DNA of 64,000 nt from the human T2T-CHM13v2.0 reference genome, Homo sapiens: the NCBI RefSeq assembly GCF_009914755.1, contig NC_060925.1; one strand, 5' to 3'. Of this stretch, positions 26,763-44,506 are shown in pieces. The translations under genes were made by a program, and so were the position numbers. The first letter of the stretch is position 1. Each line of letters opens with the position of its first letter. The notes beneath the pieces were generated by a model, which worked only from the letters and a program-made list of their open reading frames with translations, was not told the DNA's origin and ran no database searches.

Positions 26763-27211
26763 TGAGATAGGAATAATACAGGGTGGTTGCAGGAGAATAG
26801 AAAATGCCAGGTAGCAGTTGCACATGACTAGCAAAAGGAAACTTAAAACAGTTGCATAAGCAAGGGGCCGATAAGACCCTGAAAACCGGGGTGTGGACCA
26901 AGCTGGCTAAGACAGACTGAACCCAACATGGTGATGGATTTGACCTAGGTTTCACCTATAACCTCATTATGTGCTTATTAGCGTACTAAATTACACACCC
27001 ACCAGTGCCATATCAGTTCTGGGAGCATCCATATTTGGTGTAAAAACAGATGGCACCACAGTTCTGAGAAATCTCCACTTTCTCCAGGAATCTTCATGGA
27101 TATTCCACCCCTTGGTTAAACAAACCCATAACGATAGAAACCCCCAATCCCCTTACTCCCCTTTCTGGAGTGTGTACTTTTCACTTTGTGATAATTCTCT
27201 GTATTTTCACT
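26763..27211 (+). mobile_element. 3' LTR, U3-R only (no U5), MER66-like
   Basis: Starts tgagataggaataatacagggtggttgcaggagaatagaaaa right after the PPT; stops 16 nt after the poly(A) signal position and is followed by A8. Confidence 0.8.
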
Positions 27212-28196
27212 AAAAAAAAGGCAAAGGATCTGAATAGACATTTTTCAAAAGAAGATATACAAATATGTGAAAAAATGCTCAAAATCACTAATTGTCAGAG
27301 ATGCAAATTAAAACCACAATATGTCAATTCACACCAGTTAAAAATGGCTACTATTCGAAAAGACAAAAGATAACAAATGTTGGAGAGGATGTAGAGACAA
27401 AGGAACCTTTGCACAATGTTGGTGGGAATATAAATTAGTACAAACATTATGGGAGTTACTAAAAAGATTAAATATAGAACTTCCATATGATCCAGCAATG
27501 CCACTACCAGGTATATATACAAAAGAAATGATATCAGTATGTCAAAGAGATATCTGCACCTGCATGATTATTGCATCATTATTCACAATATCCAAGATAT
27601 AGAATCAACCAAAGTGTTCATCAATGGACGAATGGATAAAGAAAACTTAGTATATCTACACAGTAGAATATTATTCAGCCTTAAAAAATGAAGCACATCC
27701 TGTCATTTTGGACAACATACTTGAAGCTGAAGGACATTATGTTAAGTAAAATAAGCCAGGCACAAAAAGACAAATACCACATGATCTCACCTACATGTAG
27801 CATCTTCAAAAGTTGAACTTGGAATTAGAGAGTAGAATAGTGGTTACCTAGGCTGGAAGGGAGATGTGGAAGGAGGTTGGTCACAGGCTACAAAATTTCA
27901 GTTAGGCTGAAGAAATAAGTTCAAGAGATCTATTGTGCAACATGGTGACCATAGCTAGTTACAACGTGTTGTATTCTTGAAAACTGCTGGAGCCAAGATG
28001 GCCAAATAGGAACAGCTCTGGTCTACAGCTCTCAGCGTGAGTGACGCAGAAGATGGGTGATTTCTGTATTTCCATCTGAGGTACCGGGTTCATCTCACTA
28101 GGGAGTGCCAGACAGTGGGCGCAGGTCAGTGGGTGCGTGAACCGTGCGCGAGCGGAAGCAGGGCGAGGCATTGCCTCACTTGGGAAGCGCAAGGGG

Positions 28197-28433
28197 TCAG
28201 GGAGTTCCCTTCTGAGTCAAAGAAAGGGGTGATGGACGGCACCTGGAAAATCGGGTCACTCCCACCCGAATACTGTGCTTTTCCCATGGGCTTAAAACAT
28301 GGCGCACCACGAGATTATATCCTGCACCTGGCTTGGAGGGTCCTACGCCCACGGAGTCTCGCTGATTGCTAGCACAGCAGTCTGAGATCAAACTGCAAAG
28401 CGGCAGCGAGGCTGGGGGAGGGGCGCCCGCCAT
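28197..28433 (-). CDS. ORF0: L1 ORF0 (antisense ORF in the 5'UTR), 78 aa
   Basis: ATG at 28433; MAGAPPPASLPLCSLISDCCASNQRDSVGVGPS matches primate L1 ORF0. Confidence 0.75.
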   Translation of the reverse strand: MAGAPPPASLPLCSLISDCCASNQRDSVGVGPSKPGAGYNLVVRHVLSPWEKHSIRVGVTRFSRCRPSPLSLTQKGTP

Positions 28434-28888
28434 TGCCCAGGCTTGATTAGGTAAACAAAGCAGCCGGGAAGCTCGAACTGGGTGGAGCCCACCACAGCTC
28501 AAGAAGGCCTGCCTGCCTCTGTAGGCTCCACCTCTGGGGGCAGGGCACAGACAAACAAAAAGACAGCAGTAACCTCTGCAGACTTAAATGTCCCTGTCTG
28601 ACAGCTTTGAAGAGAGCAGTGGTTCTCCCAGCAGGCAGCTGGAGATCTGAGAACGGGCAGACTGCCTCCTCAAGTGGGTCCCTGACCCCTGACCCCCGAG
28701 CAGCCTAACTGGGAGGCACCCCCCAGCAGGGGCACACTGATACCTCACACGGCAGGGTATTCCAACAGACCTGCAGCTGAGGGTCCTCTCAGTTAGAAGG
28801 AAAACTAACAAACAGAAAGGACTTCCACACCAAAAACCCATCTGTACATCACCATCATCAAAGACCAAAAGTAGATAAAACCACAAAG

Positions 28889-29905
28889 ATGGGGAAAAAA
28901 CAGAACAGAAAAACTGGAAACTCTAAAAAGCAGAGCGCCTCTCCTCCTCCAAAGGAACGCAGTTCCTCACCAGCAACGGAACAAAGCTGGATGGAGAATG
29001 ACTTTGACGAGCTGAGAGAAGAAGGCTTCAGACGATCAAATTACTCTGAGCTACAGGAGGACATTCAAACCAAAGGCAAAGAAGTTGAAAACTTTGAAAA
29101 AAATTTAGAAGAATGTATAACTAGAATAACCAATACAGAGAAGTGCTTAAAGGAGCTGATGGAGCTGAAAACCAAGGCTCGAGAACTACGTGAAGAATGC
29201 AGAAGCCTCAGGAGCCAATGCAATCAACTGGAAGAAAGGGTATCAGCAATGGAAGATGAAATGAATGAAATGAAGCGAGAAGGGAAGTTTAGAAAAAAAA
29301 GAATAAAAAGAAATGAGCAAAGCCTCCAAGAAATATGGGACTATGTGAAAAGACCAAATCTACGTCTGATTGGTGTACCTGAAAGTGATGGGGAGAATGG
29401 AACCAAGTTGGAAAACACTCTGCAGGATATTATCCAGGAGAACTTCCCCAATCTAGCAAGGCAGGACAACATTCAGATTCAGGAAATACAGAGAACGCCA
29501 CAAAGATACTCCTCGAGAAGAGCAACTCCAAGACACATAATTATCAGATTCACCAAAGCTGAAATGAAGGAAAAAATGTTAAAGGCAGCCAGAAAGAAAG
29601 GTCGGGTTACCCTCAAAGGGAAGCCCATCAGACTAACAGCGGATCTCTCGGCAGAAATCCTACAAGCCAGAAGAGAGTGGAGGCCAATATTCAACATTCT
29701 TAAAGAAAAGAATTTTCAACCCAGAATTTCATATCCAGCCAAACTAAGCTTCATAAGTGAAGGAGAAATAAAATACTTTACAGACAAGCAAATGCTGAGA
29801 GATTTTGTCACCACCAGGCCTGCCTTACAAGAGCTCCTGAAGGAAGCACTAAACATGGAAAGGAACAACCAGTACCAGCTGCTGCAAAATCATGCCAAAA
29901 TGTAA
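28889..29905 (+). CDS. ORF1: L1 ORF1p (RNA-binding chaperone), open 338 aa frame
   Basis: [13 protein letters not shown]...NHAKM at full length; ARR and YPAKLS intact; REKG reads RKKG. Confidence 0.95.
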   Translation: MGKKQNRKTGNSKKQSASPPPKERSSSPATEQSWMENDFDELREEGFRRSNYSELQEDIQTKGKEVENFEKNLEECITRITNTEKCLKELMELKTKARELREECRSLRSQCNQLEERVSAMEDEMNEMKREGKFRKKRIKRNEQSLQEIWDYVKRPNLRLIGVPESDGENGTKLENTLQDIIQENFPNLARQDNIQIQEIQRTPQRYSSRRATPRHIIIRFTKAEMKEKMLKAARKKGRVTLKGKPIRLTADLSAEILQARREWRPIFNILKEKNFQPRISYPAKLSFISEGEIKYFTDKQMLRDFVTTRPALQELLKEALNMERNNQYQLLQNHAKM

Positions 29906-29956
29906 AGACCATCGAGACTAGGAAGAAACTGCATCAACTAATAAGCAAAATAACCA

Positions 29957-33735
<3,779 letters not shown>

Positions 33736-34532
33736 ACAATGAGATCACATGGACACAGGAAAGGGAATATCACACTCTGGGGACTGTTGTGGGGTGGGGG
33801 GAGGGGGGAGGGATAGCATCTGGAGATATACCTAATGCTAGATGACGAGTTAGTGGGTGCAGCGCACCAGCATGGCACATGTATACATATGTAACTAACC
33901 TGCACAATGTGCACATGTACCCTAAAACTTAAAGTATAATAAAAAAAAAAAAGAAAACTGCTATGAGAATAAACTTTAAGGATTCTCACCACACACACAC
34001 ATAAGTATGTGAGGTAATGCATATTTTAATTGGCTTGTTTTGTTAAAAAAATCAAGAGATGCACAATTTGAATTGTGTTATAACTGTTTCAAAAATATAA
34101 TATTAAATCAGTATCTTTATCTAGAGAAAATATCAGGCCCACACCACTTCCCTGACAAATTTTACCACATATTTACCAAAGAACACCATCTCCTATGAAT
34201 TGATTCAAAGAAAAAAGTTAGAGATACTGCTCTCCCAAATTGTTTTGTAATAACTTTACAAATATCAAAGCCTGAAATCATCTTATAAAAAGAGAAAATT
34301 GTAGTATTTTCTTATCTATAAACAGAGATAGAAAAAATCTTTTAAAAAATAAAAAGCAAGCCAAATCCGGCAATATATAAAGAGATTAATACACCATGTT
34401 AAAATCAGATTTTTTTTTAAGAATGCAAAATCAATTCTACTTTAAAATAGCAATCAAAGTAAGTTGTCACATTACCAGATAAAAGAAGAAAAATAAGAGA
34501 ATAGCTCAATAGATGCAAGAAAACTATTTTTA

Positions 34533-34848
<316 letters not shown>

Positions 34849-35014
34849 TTCAAAGTCCATGCCAATACAAAAATTCTTAGAAATCAGTGGAAAATAAGAG
34901 AAAATCCTTAGTCTATTAAATGATGTGTATAAAGAACTTTATATCAAATGTAATGGTAAAAACTAAAAGCATTTTCTTTTGGGTAAATAAGGCAAAGTTA
35001 CCTCTTGTCACCAC

Positions 35015-35344
<330 letters not shown>

Positions 35345-36257
35345 TAGTGGTCTTTACCAGTGCAATAATACAAAAATAAGAACCAAAAGTTAAAGAGTTG
35401 AGAGGGAAGAAATAAAGCAATAATTATGTGTGAATAATATGTTTGTGTGTGTAAAAAATTTCCAAAGAACCCACAGATAAATTATTAGAATTAATAGGCA
35501 AGTTTATCCAAGTTGGTGGATGCAAAAATCAACATATAAAATCAATTTTAATTCTATATATCAGCAAAAAGCAGAACATGAAAAATTTAAAATTAGCTAA
35601 AGATAGTTTCCCTTTATAATAGCAGCAAATTACTTATATTTATGGTATGTTGTAAAAACTCAAAATAATTTTAAGATGCTATTTTATAAAAGCATCAAAA
35701 ATTTCAAGAAGACCTAAATAAAGTGTGGGAGATAACATGCTCATTAATAGGAAGTCTCAATGTAACATAGATGTAAATCTACATATTGATCTATAGAATC
35801 AATGCTATCTTAATTAAAATATTAACAGGTGTGTGTCTGTGTGTGTGTGTAATTGACAAGATGATTCTATATTTTCTATAGAAATGCTAAAGCCAAGATA
35901 CTTAGGGGAAAGACAACAGTAAAGTGCAACTGCTCTGTCAGATATCAAGCCTTATAAGTATTTTAGGAAGTAGTTAAGAATGTGTAGCATTGATACAAAG
36001 AAGTTGAACGAATAGAACAGAAAAGGAGAGCCAGAAAAAGACCCATATATTGCAAAGGCAACACTTTCAAGCTTCAGAGAAAGGTCAGTCTTTTCAACAA
36101 AGGGTGTTTTAGACAATTGGATGTCTGTATAGAAAAACAAAGAGATATAATACTTAACCTCCATTGTATATCACACGCAAGAGTGAATTTCAGCTCATTT
36201 GAATTTTTAAAAGAGAAAAGTAAAACAATGAAACCTTTAGAAAATAATGATTTACAG

Positions 36258-36556
36258 TTTTTTGTTTGTTTGGTTTTTTTGGGGACGGAGTCTCCCTCTG
36301 TCGCCAGGCCGGAGTGCAGTGCCGCCATCTGGGCTCAATGCAACCTCTGCCTCCTGGGTTCAAGTGACTCCCCTGCTTCAGCCTTCCGAATAGCTGGGAC
36401 TATGGGCATGTGCCACCACATCTGGCTAAATTTGTATTTTTAGTAGAGGTGGGGTTTCACCATGTTGGCCAGGAGGGTCTCAATCGTCTGACCTCGTGAT
36501 CCACCCACCTTGGCCTCCCAAAGTGCTGGGATAACAGGCGGAGCCACTGCCCAGCC
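36258..36556 (-). mobile_element. AluS
   Basis: T-rich tail followed by an antisense Alu dimer; degenerate TSD tt(t/g)acagt. Confidence 0.9.
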
Positions 36557-37599
36557 TTGACAGTATTTTTAACCTCAAAGAAGGGAAGTATTTCTCAAAC
36601 AGAATTAAAGCACAAACTACAGAGAAAATGACTGATAACCTGGATCATGTTAAAATTAAGAACTTCATTAAAAGAGACCATTAAGAGAGTAAAAATTCAA
36701 GACAGTTACAGAAGTTATTTTCTTATAACTGGATCATACCCAGAATAAATTAAAAACATCTACAAATCAATAAGTACAGACCACCAGAAATTTGAAAGGG
36801 CAATTATTTACTTAAACAGAAACTTCATAAAAAAGATATCCAAATGGCTAATACATGTATAAAAGAGTGTTCAATATTATTAGTCCTCAGGAAAATGAAA
36901 ATGAACACTTTTATGAAATACCACTACACAGTCATCAGAATAATTAAAATTTTAAAATATGCAATAAAGTTCAAACTTTTAAAAAACTCTCCCACACTCT
37001 TGTTAGAAAAGTATACTGGTACAACCACTTCAGAAAACAGTTTAGGATTATCTGCTGAAGTTGAAAGCTATATAGACCTTATGACACAGCAATACTACTC
37101 TTAGGAATGTATTAACAAATGCATGTACATTTCGGCCATGTGCTATGTGTGAACAAGTAAATTCACAGAAGCATTATTTGTAAGAGCAAAAATTCTATAC
37201 AAACCAAATTCCATCATTTGGTGAAACAAACAGTAGAATACAGCAATGGAGATAAGCAAATGACTGCACAGCATGTGAATTTCTCAAAGGTAATATTGAT
37301 TTAAATAAGCCAGTCTCAAAATATTATACACTGTATATTTCAAATTATAGAGGTGTCAAAAGCAGACAAACTTCTACTATGATGTTTTGGATGCGTATTT
37401 AGAAGGAAAAATGGGTCACAGTTACCTTTGTTTTGCGGAAGGGCAATAGATATGCTTTTGAAGCTTACAACGTTTCAGTTATTGACTTGGATGATGCTGT
37501 CATGAGTGTTAACTTTATGAGAATTCATTAACAAATGTCTATGTTTTATGCACTTTGCTATGTTTAAAAATGTTTTAAAGGGGATATTATGTACTCTTG

Positions 37600-40500
37600 A
37601 AGACAATGATATATTAAAATGTCACGATGACAATGATCACACATGTCATTGATAACACAACCCCCAAATACGCAAAGCATCAACTGACAGAAATAAACCA
37701 ATAGTTGTAATTAGGGATTGAGACATTTCTCTTAGAAACTAATAGCAACTGGACAAAAAGTAAGCAGTTGGGAAATATTTAAATAACATTAACAATGTGT
37801 TAAAAGTAGGTATTTCACCTACCACTCAGAATATTCACGTTTTTTTAAGGTCAAGTGGAACTTTCTCAAAAATTGGGTAGACACTCAACCGCAAAGGAAA
37901 TGTTTAAAAAATTACATGACTCAATCACATACAGGCTACATTGTCTGAAAATAAACAACATGTAATTTTACATCATTAATAACAAATATTTTAGAATACA
38001 TCTCTGAGAATATACACATATACACATACCTCAAGTTGCTAAAAAGTCCTCAATTAAAGAGAACATCATAAGAAATATTGTGGAATCCTTAGAACTAAAT
38101 GCCAGCAAAAGCACTGCATGTCAAATTTCGTGGACTACTGCTAAAGCAGTATCTAAAGGGAAATGTATAGCTTTGAACACATTCATTTAAAAAATGGAAA
38201 TTGAATAGAAATTATCAAAGCAATTGTGATATATTGAATTATTGTTTCTATTTACTTACTTTCCTGTATATCTGCCATGTAAATGTGCAGTTCATCCCAC
38301 AAAACTGCTTTGGACTTGGCTACACGACTGACTTTGGCCAATGGCAGGTGGGTAGACAAGAGACAAGCAATGGGCTTGAAATGTATTTATGCCTTGAGAC
38401 TTGCTTTCTTGTACCTCTGCAATCATCCTGATAAAACTGTCTTCTGAGTAGCTGCCACCTCAGCAGTCTGGACCCCAGAGAGAGATAAGTGGAGAAGACC
38501 TCAGCCATCCAGACCTGCAGGGTGAAGCAGAGACACTCAGTCAAGCCCTGTCTAGCCATAACAACCACCTCAAAGAATTAAGTGCTTTATTTTTATAACT
38601 CACTGAGATCTTGTGGTTGTTATGCAGCGAAAACTGACTGATAGAAAAATCAGAAGTTGAGCTGCTGCCATAACATAAAATTAAAATATCTGGAAGTAGG
38701 TTTGGGACAAAGGCAGCGGGGGGACACATCTATGGAGAGCTGAAAAAGAATGTTATCGAAGGTGGGGGAGGGGGTGGGGAAGGCAATCTATGCTACATTC
38801 TAGCAACTCATTTGTAACAGTTTTGGCTGCAGTAACATGGAATAAAAAAATGAATCTAACACATTTATGGACTTAGGAAAGATGGCTTATAGTCAAAATG
38901 ATAAATGCATGAGTTGATTGCTCTAACTGCCTATAATAAGATAAATGGATTTATAATATGGAGAAAGAGATATACTCAGAAGTAAACTGGTCAGTTTGCA
39001 AGCTGAATTAGAGGGAATATAGATTATTTACTTAGAAAATCCAGGAGTATAAACAAATGATTATAAGGAAATTCAACAAAGTTTCTAAGTACAAGATCAA
39101 CATACAAAATGAAATAGCATTTCTCTGTTCAAAAACACAACAAAACAATACACTAACATATAAAATAACTTGTAATTTGCAAAAGCTACAAATTTATGAA
39201 GTATCTAGGAATTGGTTAAAGAAAGACTTTATGGTGATACAATTTAAAAATATCTCTATTAAAGAAATTAAATATACAAGAATAAATGGAGAGATAAACA
39301 TTCATTGAATTTGAATCACAAAAATGTTAATTTTCTCCAAATTCATTTCTACATTAAAAAATCTAATAATATTTATAGAAGGATCAGTTTTAGAATTCAA
39401 AATAAGATTTTGAATTTCAAGCGGAAGAATAAAATTTCCCAAGTAACTAGGAATTTGAAACATAAGACAAAGTGTGTTGTCTTATGTTTTGTGGGCATGG
39501 GTGCAGGATACACTCTATCAGATATTTAGATGAATTATAACACTATGGTAATAAAATAATATGGTATTATGGCAGTAACATATAAATTGTCCAAAGAACA
39601 GAATAAAAAAAAACAAAATAAACTTCTTTACCTAGGGTAGTTTTGTATGATATCAAAGTGACATCACAAATCGATGTGGAAAAAAGAGATTCTGATATAA
39701 ATAGAATCTTATATACATTAAAAACATTCAAATTAGATTAAATAAGACCAAAATGTGACACTTAAATTATAAAAATAATTGCATAAAAAAGAAAGAATAT
39801 ATTTTAAACTCTGAAGCCATAGGATGAAATTGATGAATTTGACTTTATTGAAGTTAATAATTTCTAGTCAACAAAGGCAAAGGTCAATGTTATGAGATGC
39901 ATGACAGACTAGGAGAAGACATTGCAAAAACTGAAAGTGACAGGGATCAATATGTAGAATATACAAAGAACTCCTGCAAATGAACAAAAAAAAACCCCAA
40001 TATAAAAAAAGCAAAGTGTATAAATACAAAATTCACAGAAAGGAGAGACAGAGTAGGTACAAAAAACAAGAAAAGAAGCTCAGAGAAATATAAATCTAAC
40101 CAAAAATACAGTATTTTTAAAATAATGAGATTAGAAAAAGTTTAATAACCACATAAAATGTATATGCTGCTGAGGGGAAATGAAATAAACATACCACTAG
40201 TGGGAGTTCAAACTAATCTAATTCTGTAGGATAATTTCTGTACTGAAAATAAATATAGAAATGGTCAATGACCTAGTAACCCCACGCCTGGACATATATT
40301 TCAGAAAAACAATTACATTGGTCCATAAGGAAAAGCATCCAAAGATGTTCATTGTAACATTGCATATTGTATTAAAGCTTTGAAAGCAAACTTATTGTTC
40401 ATCACAAGGGGAATAGATAAAATATGATATATGCCTTCAATGGCTTACTATGTGGCAGATTTCCTCCTAAAACACAGATAAGTCTTAAAATCTAGTGTAG

Positions 40501-40600
40501 GGTAAAAAATAAAAAACAGAATAAGATAGTCAACACAGCACCATTTCTGTATATTAAAAGTCTTACACAAACCAACATTATATGTTTTTCAAGGACTCAC
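37600..40600 (+). mobile_element. Very old L1M fragments interrupted by MLT1
   Basis: A-rich, ORF2-like remnants (KFNKVSKYKINIQ at ~39070; gctaaagcagtatctaaagggaaatgtatagct). Confidence 0.6.
38226..39020 (+). mobile_element. Old MLT1 LTR (~38226-38643) plus adjacent internal sequence
   Basis: gactgactttggccaatgg and the LTR end cactgagatcttgtggttgttatgcagcgaaaactgactgata, followed by MLT-int-like gctgctgccataaca. Confidence 0.6.
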
Positions 40601-40749
40601 AAGGAGACATTGCAGAATGAAAGAGCCATGAGGGAATGAGAGAGCATTTCTTGATCTAAGCAAAAGAATTAATTCACTCTGTATTCTACCTATTCAAAAT
40701 TTTTAAAAAAAGTACTATCATTCAGTTTCAAGAAACTGCTAAACATAGG

Positions 40750-40980
40750 GTTAGTGTTTTAAGATATTAGGTTCAGGAACTAGACAAGCTGCATTCAAAT
40801 TTAGCTGACTCGTGCACTAATTATTTGGTCCTTGAGCAAGTTATTTAACTTCTCTGAGACTCCTTTTCTTCATCTATAAAATGAAGATATTAATGTTATT
40901 TCCCTCATAAAGAAATTGGGAATATTAAATTGTATAATGTATTTAAAGAACTCAGCATAGTGTCCAGCACACAGTTAGGC
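40750..40980 (+). mobile_element. MIR SINE
   Basis: ccttgagcaagttatttaacttctctgagactccttttcttcatctataaaatgaagat is the MIR core. Confidence 0.75.
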
Positions 40981-42339
40981 CCACGATTGGTTTCTGGCTG
41001 GACCTGCATTGTGCATCAGGTCAACCCTGATTCTATACTACTTTAATTCCCACTCAGGAGAAGCTCCCCGAAGCAGCCTCCTATGCATCTGCATCCAAAC
41101 ACCCGCATTTTTCCCCTGCCCTGAAGGCTTTTCTCCCAGTTTAAATTACATTATCCTGGAGTATCATCTGGCCTCTCTTGGAAAAGACATAAAGAGGAAG
41201 AAAGAAATTACATTTTCAACATATTGAACTTTTAAAATGAAACAAAGTATTTCCCTAAATTATCTAATTTAATCCTAATAGCAACCCTTCGATAGTATAT
41301 TTATCCCCATTTATCTAAGCAGAATATACTTAACTAGGAATAACATCGCATAGCTAGTTAGTGGCAGAGTTGGCTTTGACCCTATACATTAAAAACTCAG
41401 TTTATGCATGTAACCAGTATGGCGTACTGTTTCTCATCACTTTCCGCAGTCTATTTAAGCACCACCAAATCTTATTAAACCCAAACAAGTAAGTCCTGTG
41501 TCAAATAATTCCTTGTGTGTAAAACCATACTCATATTAAACATCTACTTACTTAATAACCAGCACAGGAATTACTCTGAACTACTTACTTATTTCTGAGG
41601 AGAAAGTGGCTTTTTTTCTATATGTACAGTTAAAAATATAGGCTACAAATCTTCTTTTGATTTATAAGCATGAACAAATTTGGTACATTAGGGATGGCCA
41701 ATTCATTTTTATTTCAAAAGGAAGACCCAGGCAAAATAAAAGTCTAATGGATATAAAGAATCTCTGAGAGATTATTACAAAAATACCTGCAAAATAGTGT
41801 TTAATATTAATTGCTAGTATTCTTCATTCGTAATGATATAAAATCCCATATTTTAAGGGAAAAAGTTAACACTTGTATGGCTATAGACTTCACTTTGGAA
41901 ATTGCTCTTATGACTTTAGCTTTCTATGTGCTTTTTAAAATAGCAGACAGTTCTTCACTTCCCAATAAAACTGTGAAATTCGACCGAGAATGGCAGATTG
42001 AATTGGAGTGTGAATAGTGTGATTTAATGCTCCCGCTAGTCTGAAATGTTTTCCTGTTAGGCCCTTTTAGCGACCCCTCCCAAAAGTTTGTTTGCATTAC
42101 CTAAAATCAGCGCTCCAAAGTTCACCACATTGCGAAACACACAGACTGCTATTATTTTCACAATGCTAAACACTTTTTTTTTTCTCACAGTAAAGTCCAT
42201 TTCTCGTTTGATTGCATGTAACAAAATTTGTATTCTAAAGCTTCACTGTTTCAGAATCGTTCATCAAAGTTGTGATATAGGACTTCTGGCAAAATTATCC
42301 AAATAATCCCATATACCCTAAGACATTGTTTTCAATTCT

Positions 42340-42480
42340 TTTGTTTTTAAATTTAGTTTCTTAGGGGATGGGGTCTCACTATGCTGCCCAGGCTAGTCTT
42401 AAACTTCTGGGGTCAAGCAATCCTCCCACCTCTGCCTCCCAAAGTGCCAGGATTACAGGCATGGGCCACTGTGCCCAGCC
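42340..42480 (-). mobile_element. FLAM / Alu monomer
   Basis: Single antisense left-monomer sequence with a TSD-like ttttca(a/g)ttctttt on both sides. Confidence 0.8.
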
Positions 42481-44051
42481 TCTTTTCAGTTCTTTTAAAA
42501 AATAGTACTGTTAAATATATATTATGCTTAAAGAGCATTTTCATTCATGGGCTCTGCTATGTCTACTTTGTTTCTTTTTTTAATGTACACACATATACAC
42601 TTTTGGTTTATGATCTTAAATCAAAAAAACACTTCTTACTTGGAGCAAAGTTTCTCAAGTTTAAAATTCTGTGACATGTTATGGCAATACATGATTATAT
42701 TGGTACTTTTTTAAGATTGTACAATAGATGAAATGGTTAATTATTAATCTGGCTGGTATCTGTAATGAAAAAGGGAGTTCTTGCTTTTAGGCCACAGACT
42801 CAGTATGTAAATCTCTGGTGTTGCTGCAATCATAATATTCCTGCAGCTATGGTGTCACCTATTGTAATTTTTCTGCTAATAAACAAATTTGAACTAGCCA
42901 GGAATCCTAAATTTTGAGACTAGTTGTTTATCTGAAATATACTCCAGAGCAATAGTAATGCAGTTCTGCTTTGAATTTAATTTAAACAGAAACAGGCAAA
43001 ACAAATCTCTATGGAGGATATTTGACAATAATAAAATATTTCTCCCAGCGGGTGAGCTGGTAGTGATTGTATTGTGCAATCCAAGCTCACGTTTCAGTAG
43101 GTCATTACCATCATAACAAGCCCTTGGACCAACTGGCATGGACATGCAACATTGAGCCCCTGATGGTCACATTATTTCAAACCTTTAACTTCATGAAGAA
43201 CAAGACAAATACTCCTGGGAAAGCGGGATTATATTTTGAAATTCCTTTCTTTTCTATTTGTTTCACAATAAGATGCAGTACACAATCCATCTACTGCTAC
43301 TTGTTTCATTTTGTTTTTTTCCACACTACCAGGGGGCATGAGAAGCTAGATTTAGAGATTCGAAAGGCCAGATGCACTGACTTCAACACTTTCTCATCTA
43401 TTAGTCTATGGTGCTATCCATTCAGGATGTAAACCATTGTGGATGAAACAAAAGCCTTAAGCATAGCTCTCTCTTCTTTCACAAGTTAATCACAAATTAA
43501 ATTTTATAATAAGCAAAGTGCACCTAAAGTTTTTTGCAGAGGCCCAAGGATGAAGCATTCTATCTCGTTCCTACCTCTCACCTAAATCAACAACTTGAAA
43601 AATATAGGTAAGAGAAGTCCTTCCAAGAAATGAAAATTTTCTAACTTTGTTGCTCTTTTGTTTGTCAATAGGGAAAGACAGGTTTTTTGGATCCCACCTA
43701 AATTAATTCTAAAGCACATTAATGGGCCAAATGAGTAGGATTTAAAAAGCGGTGGGGGGTGTGGGGGAAGTTGTGAGATATTCTGCAAACAAGTTTTTGA
43801 GGAGCTATCCATCTCCACCTTTATAGGGAGATATAACAGGAAGATGTGGCTTGGCAGTCATCAAATAAAATGTATTTTTCATATGTTTTGTGGAGGTCAA
43901 AACAAAGTTCATTTCATTGGTTTGGTAAGGAAACAAAAGGTTAAGTACTTTCGTCTTGTTATTAAAAAGAAACCCTAATAAAAATTTAGAACCAATATTA
44001 AAAAGTTCATTATTTTTGGTTTATTTGAGAAAAGTATAAAAATTTTAAGCA

Positions 44052-44230
44052 AGTGTTTCTCCGTCTTGTCTTCAGGTTGGAATCACCTGGAGATCTTGTG
44101 TAAGCATTCCAAAACCCAGGACACATCTTGGATCAATGAAACCACAATCTCTGTGGGTGGGACATGAGGATCAGGAATTTTGACACTCCCCAGGTGATTT
44201 CAATATGCAGACAAATTTGGGGACCACTGG
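44052..44230. mobile_element. MER5A-like hAT-Charlie MITE
   Basis: ggaatcacctggagatctt...ctccccaggtgatttcaatatgcagacaaatttggggaccactg. Confidence 0.7.
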
Positions 44231-44477
44231 CGTAAAAATAAACCACTTATAAACAACTGGTGAAAATAAAAGTGATCCCTTAAAAAGATAATGCATTTGT
44301 CAGAGGTACTTGTTGTTTATGTATTGAGAAAGACAACATGCTGAAATGTCAAAATCCTACTTCATTTTCTTTTACACCTATGGCAACCATGATAAATATG
44401 TCAGTACCAGAAAAGTTGTCCTGTAAGAATTTTAAGTTATAAAAACAGCAAGACAGTTCTAACAGGAATTCTTTAAA

Positions 44478-44506
44478 GTGTGTGTGCGTGTGTGTGTGTG
44501 TGTGTG
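44478..44506 (+). repeat. (GT)n microsatellite
   Basis: Read directly; one GC interruption. Confidence 0.9.

Larger units (their letters stand above)
23106..27219 (+). mobile_element. Internally deleted class I (ERV1) retroviral element, MER66-like LTR, with R-U5...U3-R-oligo(A) structure
   Basis: gag, pro, RT and env-TM remnants; PBS at 23322-23339; PPT at 26751-26762; 3' LTR starts TG at 26763; R duplicated at 23146-23199 and 27158-27211; flanking duplication ggcaaagga. The MER66 name is from a recalled consensus. Confidence 0.9.
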
